A stretch of 32,000 bases of DNA. It comes from Megasphaera elsdenii DSM 20460. GTDB lineage: Bacteria > Bacillota > Negativicutes > Veillonellales > Megasphaeraceae. The notes under the pieces are model-generated. The model had not been told where the DNA came from, did not search any database, and worked only from the letters and a program-made list of their open reading frames with translations. Made by a program: the position numbers and the translations under genes. This document shows, in pieces, positions 16,949 to 25,066 of the stretch; position 1 is the stretch's first letter; every line of letters starts with the position of its first letter. The DNA is taken from positions 570,001-602,000 of the forward strand of contig NZ_CP027570.1 of assembly GCF_003010495.1 (NCBI RefSeq), read 5' to 3'.

Positions 16949-17737
16949 TTACATCCGTTTCTTTTTGACATTACCATAGTGGATATACTGGCGTATCGTA
17001 CACGTTTCCCGATAGCCATCGGCCAGGACGCTGGCCGTCAGGTCGAAGTCTTCCAAATCGTCGAGAAGGGCTTCGGTCATGCGGTGCTGAACGGCATTAT
17101 AGCCCGTGCAGAAAAGGATCCGCGGGCAGCGCACGCCGCGGAACAAGCCGCGGGGATGCTTGATGAGCTTGGCCAGCATAGCCGGTGTAATGACAGCCCC
17201 GCAGGGACGGCCCATGATAGCCGCTGCCGTTTCGACGCCTTCGATTTTTTCATCGCTGATGACGTTGCCCAGCATCTGGAGGTTCAAGACACCGATGACA
17301 GTATCGCAGGAAGCCGGCAAGGGCACGTCGTCGGCCAAGGGCGCTTTAAGCCACTTATTGCCGGCTGCATCGCCTTCGATAAGGATATACCAGGCAGGAT
17401 GGCGCATCTTGATGTCATCGATGACCTTGGGCTGGAGCCCGATATAGCGGTCCTGGTCGTCGAGCCCGGCGAACCAGGCCGGGACGTGACCGGCAGCAAT
17501 GCGTTCAGCGCAGAATGATTCGCCTTTTTCCATGTCTTCCGTGCAGATGACGTCAAAGGGTTCGACATTGTCGACACGAGTGCTGTCCATCGGTACGATG
17601 CTGCTGACCATGATCGGCAGGTGACCGCCGTGACCATAGGTTCCAAGGCGTTCCAATACAGTCGTCTTGCCGCCGGCCCCTACAATAGCCGTAATACCCG
17701 GTTTCAGCATACGCCGCCAACGATTATCTTCAAACAT
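16949..17737 (-). CDS. yqeC: YqeC-family protein (putative selenium-dependent molybdenum hydroxylase accessory protein)
   Basis: It has the P-loop ITAIVGAGGKTTVLERLG, then IEGDAAGNKWLKAP and LIKHPRGLF blocks, laid out as in YqeC. SD AAGGAGG precedes ATG 17737. The family assignment is from memory, not from a search. Confidence 0.7.
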   Translation of the reverse strand: MFEDNRWRRMLKPGITAIVGAGGKTTVLERLGTYGHGGHLPIMVSSIVPMDSTRVDNVEPFDVICTEDMEKGESFCAERIAAGHVPAWFAGLDDQDRYIGLQPKVIDDIKMRHPAWYILIEGDAAGNKWLKAPLADDVPLPASCDTVIGVLNLQMLGNVISDEKIEGVETAAAIMGRPCGAVITPAMLAKLIKHPRGLFRGVRCPRILFCTGYNAVQHRMTEALLDDLEDFDLTASVLADGYRETCTIRQYIHYGNVKKKRM

Positions 17738-17758
17738 GAAAGTACCTCCTTTGGAAAT

Positions 17759-18577
17759 TCACTTCTTCACAACATAACGATTATAGCCTTTCCAGGCCGA
17801 TTTAATGAGGCTGCGGACCATTTCGATGGTCAGCGCCCGCCGTTCACTTTCAGAACAGGTCCCGAAGTTGCCGAAATCCAGCTCTTCACTGGCCAGATGG
17901 GCGACATTTTCTTTCACAGCCATGCCCTTTTCTGTCAGCTCTTCACTGGCCGAACGGGCAATCGCTGCCAGGCCGGGACGGCCGCCGACGACGATGCGCC
18001 ACGAATCGTCCCGCATAGCTACGGCACCGACCAGGTACGGTTCATCGACAGGCAGCTTGCGATAAGCCTTATAGGCCGTATAGACCGCTTCCTTGGCAAT
18101 GGAAATCCCCGTCACCAGCTCGCCCATAGGCGGACAGTGCAAGTAGTCATCGAGGCTCATGCAGCCCTTGTCCTGGAGCTGTACATCGACGTGGAGGGAC
18201 AAGAGGATCGGCAGCAGGACGGAAAAGGGCGCCTTGCTGGAAATGACACCGCCCAGGGTCCCATAGCGCTGGATATTCTTATCGGCAACGTCGCTGATAG
18301 CCTTGCTGATGGCTCCGCCAGCAAAATTCTGGATGGCCTGGGAAATCTTGATCTGCCACAGAGGCGTCATGGCCCCGATGACGATTTCATCGGCCCTTTC
18401 GTCGATATAAGTCAGGCCGGCTTTCGACAAATCGACAGCCAGGTCATAATGGTCTTTTTTATATTTCAATCCCTGTGTCCCAGCTAAAAAGACGGCCGAT
18501 GCAGCCTGCCGATAGGCAGCATAGGCCGCTGCCGGATTATCTGGGACAAGGGTCGTCGTACTGGTAATCACTAGCAC
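17759..18577 (-). CDS. YgfM-like FAD-binding subunit of the molybdopterin-dehydrogenase (xanthine dehydrogenase/CO dehydrogenase) family
   Basis: The blocks AVFLAGTQGL, IGAMTPL, YGTLGGVISSKAPFSVLLPILLSLHVDVQL and SLDDYLHCP line up with my recollection of E. coli YgfM and XdhB-type FAD subunits. The start is either GTG 18577 or GTG 18571. Confidence 0.6.
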   Translation of the reverse strand: MLVITSTTTLVPDNPAAAYAAYRQAASAVFLAGTQGLKYKKDHYDLAVDLSKAGLTYIDERADEIVIGAMTPLWQIKISQAIQNFAGGAISKAISDVADKNIQRYGTLGGVISSKAPFSVLLPILLSLHVDVQLQDKGCMSLDDYLHCPPMGELVTGISIAKEAVYTAYKAYRKLPVDEPYLVGAVAMRDDSWRIVVGGRPGLAAIARSASEELTEKGMAVKENVAHLASEELDFGNFGTCSESERRALTIEMVRSLIKSAWKGYNRYVVKK

Positions 18578-18592
18578 TTACCCCTTTCCTTT

Positions 18593-19336
18593 TCATAGCG
18601 GGATTCCCATACACGGATAATCGCCAAGGCCGACGTTCGGCCGGTCCTTATCCAGTAAAAAAGAACCGCCACACTCATCTATGACGGCATCGACAAGGGC
18701 ATCGACGCCGATGTCGCTGCACAAATCCATTTCTTCTTTATACAACAAAATAGGCATGAGCAATTCGACAGCCGTACCATCGGGCATCTTCACGCCGCCC
18801 AGCTGCCCCTCGAATTGGACGATGACCAGGCCGGATAAAGCCGTATCTGCAGCAAAGGGCTCATTGGCCTCCGTATTGGGCAGGAGAAAGCCATAAGCCA
18901 TCCACATATCATGGACGTGAGGAAACCGTCCTAACTCCATGAGCAGCCAAATAGGCCAGGCCTGTTCATCAGCCAGGGAAAGGTCCCGGTCCTTGCGGAA
19001 AGGCCAGTCGGCCGGCAAGATGAGGCAGAGTTCGCTGTACCCTTCTTTCCCGGTCACAAATTCACCGGACGGATAGTGCATAGGCGCAGCACTCATGCCC
19101 ATGGTATGAAGCAAATAAAAAGGTTCTTCAACGGTCGGGTACAGGAGTTCGACATCGACAGCCAGCGGCGTCCCATCCGGATCGTGAAAGACTTTCCACT
19201 GCCGGTGCGGAAAGAGGCTGTGGAAGTACTGCTGGACACAGCGCCCATAGCCTGGATGGACAGGCGTCATCTTTTCCGTGTCCATCAAGGAAAAGAACCG
19301 CGGCCATGCCGGGGCTGTCCGGGTCAAAGAGCTCAT
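18593..19336 (-). CDS. SUFU-like (suppressor-of-fused domain) protein
   Basis: The central block is VDVELLYPTVEEPFYLLHTMGMSAAPM, followed by ELCLILPADWPF and WPIWLLMELGRF. These look like bacterial SUFU-domain proteins. SD GGGAGGGG precedes ATG 19336. Confidence 0.5.
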   Translation of the reverse strand: MSSLTRTAPAWPRFFSLMDTEKMTPVHPGYGRCVQQYFHSLFPHRQWKVFHDPDGTPLAVDVELLYPTVEEPFYLLHTMGMSAAPMHYPSGEFVTGKEGYSELCLILPADWPFRKDRDLSLADEQAWPIWLLMELGRFPHVHDMWMAYGFLLPNTEANEPFAADTALSGLVIVQFEGQLGGVKMPDGTAVELLMPILLYKEEMDLCSDIGVDALVDAVIDECGGSFLLDKDRPNVGLGDYPCMGIPL

Positions 19337-19657
19337 AGAATCCCCTCCCTTTTCGTTCGATTCAGCTTCATTATATCATACTATAAGCGAAAAATGGACC
19401 TGCGCAACCAAAAAGAGGCACCGCGAACGCGACGCCCCTCTCCACTATCATGACGATAGACTTTTTTGCCCTCAGCGTCCGTGCCGGAGGGATTCACAGA
19501 ATCTCATCGCCTGTTCAATTGACGGGATATATCATAACAATAAATGAGAAAAATGTCAAATCCCACCGGCCCGGCGCTCCTTGTAAAAGCCAGGTCGGTA
19601 TAGTAAAATAAAGAGTACATAGAACGACTTATATTAACATCAAAGGGATGAATCACA

Positions 19658-19822
19658 TTGAAGGTACGCTGGGTAGAATTGAACCGTTTTGAAGCCGAAC
19701 TGATCCTCGAATTTGCCTGCCAGCCAAAAGATGCGCCCGTATCTGCCAGCCTATGCCGCATGATATACCGCCGGCTCGAAGGCCAGCCGGTACTGGCACA
19801 GAGCCAGCCGGGAGCAGAGTGA
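19658..19822 (+). CDS. Hypothetical 54-aa ORF with a TTG start
   Basis: The peptide is MKVRWVELNRFEAELILEFACQPKDAPVSASLCRMIYRRLEGQPVLAQSQPGAE. AAAGGGA lies 9 nt upstream of the TTG. A possible promoter is TTGTAA (19581-19586), 17 nt, TAAAAT (19604-19609). The ORF ends 8 nt before a terminator. It is below the track's size cut-off and I recognise no family. Confidence 0.25.
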   Translation: MKVRWVELNRFEAELILEFACQPKDAPVSASLCRMIYRRLEGQPVLAQSQPGAE

Positions 19823-19829
19823 GAGTCGT

Positions 19830-19862
19830 AAAAGGCGCTGTCGCATGAAGACAGCGCCTTTT
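19830..19862. terminator. Bidirectional terminator between the small ORF (+) and sdaAA (-)
   Basis: AAAAGGCGCTGTC (19830-19842) pairs perfectly (13 bp) with GACAGCGCCTTTT (19850-19862). The loop is GCATGAA. Confidence 0.85.
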
Positions 19863-19864
19863 CC

Positions 19865-20749
19865 TCACTCTTCCATTGCTTTTTCCAGTCTGGCTGCGAT
19901 GGTCTTTCCTGTTTCGGTCCGGGCCAGGCCGCCGTCGGACGTTTCTTTCAAGGCGACCGGCATGAGGCGGCCGATTTCAGCCATGGCCGCGATGACTTCG
20001 TCCGGCGGGATGACGCTCCGGATGCCGGCCAAAGCCATTTCAGCAGCCGTAATGGCTTCGACGGCAAAGATGGCGTTGCGCTTGACACAGGGCACTTCGA
20101 CGAGGCCGGCGACAGGGTCGCAGGCCAGGCCCAGGGTATTTTTCATACACAAAGCGAAGGCCTGCAATATCGTATCGTTATCGCCGCCAGCCATTTCAGC
20201 GACCGCTGCGGCAGCCATGGCAGCGGCGGTCCCACATTCGGCCTGGCAGCCGCCGACGGCACCGGCGACGGAAGCATTGCGGGCCACGACGGCACCGATG
20301 CCGGCTGCCGTGAACAAGGCGTCGACCAAGGCTTTGCGGGGAACTTTCAAGATTTCGTCTGCCGCCATCATGACGGCCGGCACGATACCGCAGGAACCGG
20401 CCGTCGGGCAGGCGACGATTTTGAACATCTTGGCATTGGCTTCGCTGACGGCCAGCGCGTAAACGGCGGCTTTATGGGTCAGCGATCCCAGTAATTGCGG
20501 CGCCTTTTCGGCCAATTTATGGGCATCGCCGCCGACGAGGCCGCTGACCGATTTTCCCGGATCCTTCATGCCGGCATCGATGGATTCCTGGAAAACATCG
20601 AGACGGCTGGCCATGACGGCCCGTACTCTTTCTTCTATTTCTTCGGACGACTCTACTTCATGACGCACGACAATGTCTGACAGAGTCGTCTTTTCTTTTT
20701 CTGCCAGGGCCAGTAAATCATGAAGGGTCTTATATTCATATTTATACAT
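19865..20749 (-). CDS. sdaAA: L-serine dehydratase, iron-sulfur dependent, alpha subunit
   Basis: 294 aa. Motifs are ACPTAGSCGIVPA and GGCQAECG. SD AGGAGG precedes the ATG, and it follows sdaAB by 9 nt. Confidence 0.92.
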   Translation of the reverse strand: MYKYEYKTLHDLLALAEKEKTTLSDIVVRHEVESSEEIEERVRAVMASRLDVFQESIDAGMKDPGKSVSGLVGGDAHKLAEKAPQLLGSLTHKAAVYALAVSEANAKMFKIVACPTAGSCGIVPAVMMAADEILKVPRKALVDALFTAAGIGAVVARNASVAGAVGGCQAECGTAAAMAAAAVAEMAGGDNDTILQAFALCMKNTLGLACDPVAGLVEVPCVKRNAIFAVEAITAAEMALAGIRSVIPPDEVIAAMAEIGRLMPVALKETSDGGLARTETGKTIAARLEKAMEE

Positions 20750-20758
20750 GTGTTCCTC

Positions 20759-21418
20759 CTAGAGCGGCAGCAGCGTGACGACGCTCTCAATGGCCGTAAT
20801 ATTCTGTATCATGTGGACGATTTCGTTGGGAACGGGACTGTCCGTGCAGACGATCATGACAGCCGTTTCATTCTTAGCGCTGCGGAAGACGCGCATATTC
20901 GACACGTTGATATGGCCGATAGCCAGGACCGTCGTCGCCTGGGCGATGATGCCCGGCTGGTCTTTATGGACCGTAATCAGCGTGTGTTCTTCCCCATTCA
21001 AGGCGACTTCAGAGCCATTGATCTCGCGGATCTCGATCTTGCCGCCGCCCAAAGAGACGCCGAGGACTTCCATCTGCCGTCCCGAGGCGCCGGTCATGGC
21101 GATGCGTACCGTATTGGGATGGTCCACTTCTTCATCAGACCGATGAAATTCAATAGCTAGGCCCTGTTCTTCGGCAAGGGCAAAAGACGTGCGCAGCCGG
21201 ACATCATCGGCCGAAAAACCCAGCAGGCCGGCCACGAGGGCCCGGTCCGTGCCGTGGCCCTTATAGGTCTTGGCAAACGAACCGTAGACCGTGATGACGG
21301 CTTTCTTCGGTTCTTCCTTTAAAATCTCCCTGGCCATGAGGCCGATGCGGGCCGCTCCGGCCGTGTGGGAACTGGAAGGCCCGATCATGACGGGACCGAC
21401 CACATCAAAAACTCCCAT
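20759..21418 (-). CDS. sdaAB: L-serine dehydratase, iron-sulfur dependent, beta subunit
   Basis: The N-terminus is VFDVVGPVMIGPSSSHTAGAARIG, and there is a C-terminal ACT-like domain. SD AAGGAGG precedes the ATG. Confidence 0.92.
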   Translation of the reverse strand: MGVFDVVGPVMIGPSSSHTAGAARIGLMAREILKEEPKKAVITVYGSFAKTYKGHGTDRALVAGLLGFSADDVRLRTSFALAEEQGLAIEFHRSDEEVDHPNTVRIAMTGASGRQMEVLGVSLGGGKIEIREINGSEVALNGEEHTLITVHKDQPGIIAQATTVLAIGHINVSNMRVFRSAKNETAVMIVCTDSPVPNEIVHMIQNITAIESVVTLLPL

Positions 21419-21430
21419 GAGAAAACCTCC

Positions 21431-24400
21431 TTATATTCTGATTTCTTTTTGTAAATGCAAGCTGTAAATGTAAGTTTCGCTGACGGGCCTGCCCGTAATC
21501 TGTTCGACAGCCCGTTTGTATAAGGCCAGCTGGACGGCATAGCGCTTGCGGAAAGCGTCCTCCCTTTCCAGCCGGTCCGACTTGTAGTCGACGAGAATCC
21601 AGCCATCGTCTTCGCGGAAGAGGCAGTCGATGACCCCTTGGATCAAGATGCGTTCTCCCCCTTCCACAGCAGGCAGGGGATCGCCGCCGGCCAAAAGCAC
21701 GGTAAACGGATATTCACGATGCAGCTCCGGCGACATGGCCATGCGCCGGCCCAGGTCAGACTGACAGAAGGCGGCTAAGACCGGCACGTAGACCAGCTTT
21801 GCTTCGTCACGGCTCAACAACCCCTGTCGGACAAAGGTTTCGATTTCACGGCGCAATGTATCCACGGTCTGGTCCGCAGCCGGCGTGATATACTGCAGGG
21901 CTTTGTGCAGGGCCGTCCCGCGCTGGGCACCGCTGACTTTCTCTTCTTCTTCGGCCAGCCAGGGCGGCAGTTCGGAAAAGGCATCGTCTTCGCCCGGTGC
22001 GGCAGCGATGACGGCACCGGCCGAGATGGACAGGCCCTCTTCTTCGGCCAGTTCATCACTATGCAGTTCCTGGTATTTTCGTTTGACTTCGGATACGGAA
22101 AACTTAGCCGCTGTCCGGACGGCCTGGGGATAGGCATACTGCCAGGACAGCTGTGCGTCAAGCCAGTCCGGGATGGGCGTCCCCGTCGCATCGCCGCGCC
22201 GCAAAGCTTCCAGCCGCGGTTCCTGTTCACAGGCCTCGTCATCGGCCGCAGCCGCCGTCCCAGCCGGCGTAATGTGTACGTCCCAGATATCGCCCTGCCA
22301 AGCTGCCCCGGGCCGGACATATTCCGTATCGGCCCGGGCACCGAAAGTGTCGAGCGCCGCCGGCATGACCCAGTCGAAATACGATTTGGCCTGGGCCGGG
22401 TTGAGGCGGCTCGTCCAGCGCTGCCAGTCATCGGCAACATGTGTACTGTGGCCTGTCAGGATGAGCCGATCCCTGGCGCGGGTCATGGCGACATAGAGGA
22501 TACGTTCTTCTTCGGCCGTCCCTTCCCAGCGCAGCTGGGCCGCGATGCCGCTCCAGATGAGCGTCGGGTAAGACATGCGCCATTCCGGGTCATACTGCTT
22601 GAGGCCGATGCCCAGGCGGTTGTGGAAGAGTATCTGTTCCTGCATGTCGCGCCGGTTGAAGGCTTTACCCAGATCGGCGACGAAGACGACCAGAAATTCC
22701 AGGCCTTTGCTCTTGTGGATACTCATGATGCGCACGACGTCTTCATTTTCGCTGACGACTTTAGCCGGTGCCAGGTCGAGGCCGTCTTCTTTCATCTTGT
22801 CCATGAGCTGCAAATAGCGGAACAGGCCGCGGAAGCCGGCATCCTCATACTGCTGGGCTCGGTCGTACAGGGCCTTCAGGTTGGCCTGGCGCACCTCACC
22901 GCCCGGCATGGACCCGACGAAATCGACATAGGCCGTATCATCGTACAGGCGCTGCAAGAGCTCTGCTACACCATGGCGGCGGCTGTACGTGCGCCACGAA
23001 TCAAAGGTCTCCATGAACTGCAGCAGGTCTTCCTTCTTATCGTCCCCTTCGGGCAGGGCTGCCGCATAGGCCGGCAGGTTCTGCCACAGCGTCCCGTCCC
23101 CCGCCAGGCGGACATCGGCCAGGGCCGTTTCATCCAATCCGACCAGGGGCGACCGCAGGACCGCCGCCATGGCCAGGTCCTGTTCCGGATTATCGATACA
23201 GCGCAGGAGAGACAACATGACCTGGACTTCGACGGCGGCAAAATAACCGCCGCTCTGTTCAGCATAGGCCGGAATGCCCCCTTCCTGCAAGGCCTGGATG
23301 AGGACGTCGGCCTTGCCAGCCATGGAGCGCAGTAGGATGACGATATGGCGATAGGACAAGGGCTCCAGCGTACCGTCCTTGCGGGCTGCCATACGGCCGC
23401 TGGCCAGGAGCTCGCCGATGCGGCGGGCAATGAAGCGGCTTTCCCTTTCAAAGGCCGTACTGCCGTCATCGTCTTCGTCGTCCTTTGCCGTCGGCACGAT
23501 ATCGACCTCAACAGGACCACCAATCCAGCGGTCATCATCGGGAGCCTGCCGGCCGGCATAGAGTTTTTCTCGTTCTCCATAGTCCATGCCAGCAGCATCC
23601 CTCGTCATGGCCCGCAAAAAGACGTCATTTACCGCATCGAGGATGACCGGGACGCTGCGGAAGTTCCGCCCCAGGTCGATACAGCGCTGCACGGCCTTTT
23701 CATCACGGCTGAAGGACTGGTATTTATCGAGGAACAACGTCGGGTCGGCCAGGCGGAAGCGGTAGATGCTCTGCTTGATATCGCCGACCATGAAGCGGTT
23801 ATCGTCGCCCGAGACGAGACGGGTAATGAGTTCCTGGACACCGTTCGTATCCTGGTACTCATCGATGAAGACTTCTTCATACTGACTGCGCAGTTCTTCC
23901 GCCGCTGCTGACGGCACGGGATGCTCCGGCGATGCGTCAGGTGCCAGGAGGATCTGCAGACAAAAGTGTTCCAAGTCGCTGAAGTCGATCCAGCCCTTTT
24001 CTTTCTTCGCTGCCCCATAGGCTTTGGCAAAATCCAGGGTCAGCGTCACCAGACCCGCCATGACCGGTTTCATGGTCCGCATGCCGTCGAGCCATTCTTC
24101 CGGCGTCGCCGAGAAATAAACGGGCTGCAGCGTCTTGGTGATATCTTTCTTGACGTCATCCCGCACTTTCTTGCACCGTTCCCAGACAGCCTTATCTTCA
24201 TCGGATAATTTCCGCAGCCCTTTCAGGCGCGGGAAATCAATGGCCCGGACGAAGCGGCTCAGATCATTCCAGGACTGCGCCTGTACAGCCTGCCGGAGGG
24301 CGGCCTGTTCCGCCGTGAACTGGTCACAGGCAGGCGCAAAGGCCTCGCGTTGGCGCAGGTGGTAGAGCACGCCTTCATAACGGCGGACATCTTCTTCCAG

Positions 24401-25066
24401 GATACGGCGCACGGCATCCTTGACCGGTTCCGCCCAGACCATATCGTCGATGACGGCATCGGGAGCCACGTCATAGGCCTGGGCCGCCGCTTTCAGCCAG
24501 TGTTCCGGCCAGGCCATGCTGCGGGCATAGGTATACATGCGGCTCACCGTATCCATGAGCACGTCGTCACCGCGGTCGCTGCCAAACATATCGGCCAGCG
24601 GATAGAGAACCGATGCCTTTTCATCGTCTTCATAATAGGACAAGAACACGTCTTCCAGGACCTGACGCCGCAAGAGGTTCAATTCTTCTTCACCGGCAAT
24701 GGAAAAAGCCGGGTCCAGGTCAATCGTATAAAAATACTTGCGGATGACATGCTGGCAAAAGGCATGGAGCGTCGAGATCTGGGCCGATGGCAGCAGGGCC
24801 AGCTGCCGTTCGACGCGGGGGTCCTGCGTTTCCGACAAGGCTTTCATGAGGGCGGTCCCGATGCGGTCGCGCATTTCGGCAGCGGCAGCCTTGGTAAAGG
24901 TAACGACTAATAATTCGGTAATATCGACGGGATATTCCTTATCCAGGAGACGGCGGATGATTCGTTCCACCAAAACGGCCGTCTTCCCGGAACCGGCAGC
25001 TGCCGACAAGAGCAGCGTCTGTCCCCGGCTGTCAATGGCTGCCTGCTGTTCATTTGTCCAGGCCAT
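21431..25066 (-). CDS. addA: ATP-dependent helicase/nuclease AddA
   Basis: The UvrD-type motifs are AAAGSGKTAVLVERI and IDEYQDTN. The C-terminal RecB-type nuclease region is GVIDCLF...VDYKSD. I chose ATG 25066 (MAWTNEQQAAI) because AAGGAGA lies 8 nt upstream. The track start at 25087 is a TTG. Confidence 0.95.
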   Translation of the reverse strand: MAWTNEQQAAIDSRGQTLLLSAAAGSGKTAVLVERIIRRLLDKEYPVDITELLVVTFTKAAAAEMRDRIGTALMKALSETQDPRVERQLALLPSAQISTLHAFCQHVIRKYFYTIDLDPAFSIAGEEELNLLRRQVLEDVFLSYYEDDEKASVLYPLADMFGSDRGDDVLMDTVSRMYTYARSMAWPEHWLKAAAQAYDVAPDAVIDDMVWAEPVKDAVRRILEEDVRRYEGVLYHLRQREAFAPACDQFTAEQAALRQAVQAQSWNDLSRFVRAIDFPRLKGLRKLSDEDKAVWERCKKVRDDVKKDITKTLQPVYFSATPEEWLDGMRTMKPVMAGLVTLTLDFAKAYGAAKKEKGWIDFSDLEHFCLQILLAPDASPEHPVPSAAAEELRSQYEEVFIDEYQDTNGVQELITRLVSGDDNRFMVGDIKQSIYRFRLADPTLFLDKYQSFSRDEKAVQRCIDLGRNFRSVPVILDAVNDVFLRAMTRDAAGMDYGEREKLYAGRQAPDDDRWIGGPVEVDIVPTAKDDEDDDGSTAFERESRFIARRIGELLASGRMAARKDGTLEPLSYRHIVILLRSMAGKADVLIQALQEGGIPAYAEQSGGYFAAVEVQVMLSLLRCIDNPEQDLAMAAVLRSPLVGLDETALADVRLAGDGTLWQNLPAYAAALPEGDDKKEDLLQFMETFDSWRTYSRRHGVAELLQRLYDDTAYVDFVGSMPGGEVRQANLKALYDRAQQYEDAGFRGLFRYLQLMDKMKEDGLDLAPAKVVSENEDVVRIMSIHKSKGLEFLVVFVADLGKAFNRRDMQEQILFHNRLGIGLKQYDPEWRMSYPTLIWSGIAAQLRWEGTAEEERILYVAMTRARDRLILTGHSTHVADDWQRWTSRLNPAQAKSYFDWVMPAALDTFGARADTEYVRPGAAWQGDIWDVHITPAGTAAAADDEACEQEPRLEALRRGDATGTPIPDWLDAQLSWQYAYPQAVRTAAKFSVSEVKRKYQELHSDELAEEEGLSISAGAVIAAAPGEDDAFSELPPWLAEEEEKVSGAQRGTALHKALQYITPAADQTVDTLRREIETFVRQGLLSRDEAKLVYVPVLAAFCQSDLGRRMAMSPELHREYPFTVLLAGGDPLPAVEGGERILIQGVIDCLFREDDGWILVDYKSDRLEREDAFRKRYAVQLALYKRAVEQITGRPVSETYIYSLHLQKEIRI

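Noticed and set aside
19845-20462. Two plus-strand ORFs beginning MKTA... at 19845 and 28544.
   Set aside because: Both start at the ATGAAGACAGC that forms the loop and 3' arm of the shared terminator core, and both run antisense to sdaAA or the radical SAM gene. The similar N-termini are an artefact of the repeated terminator.
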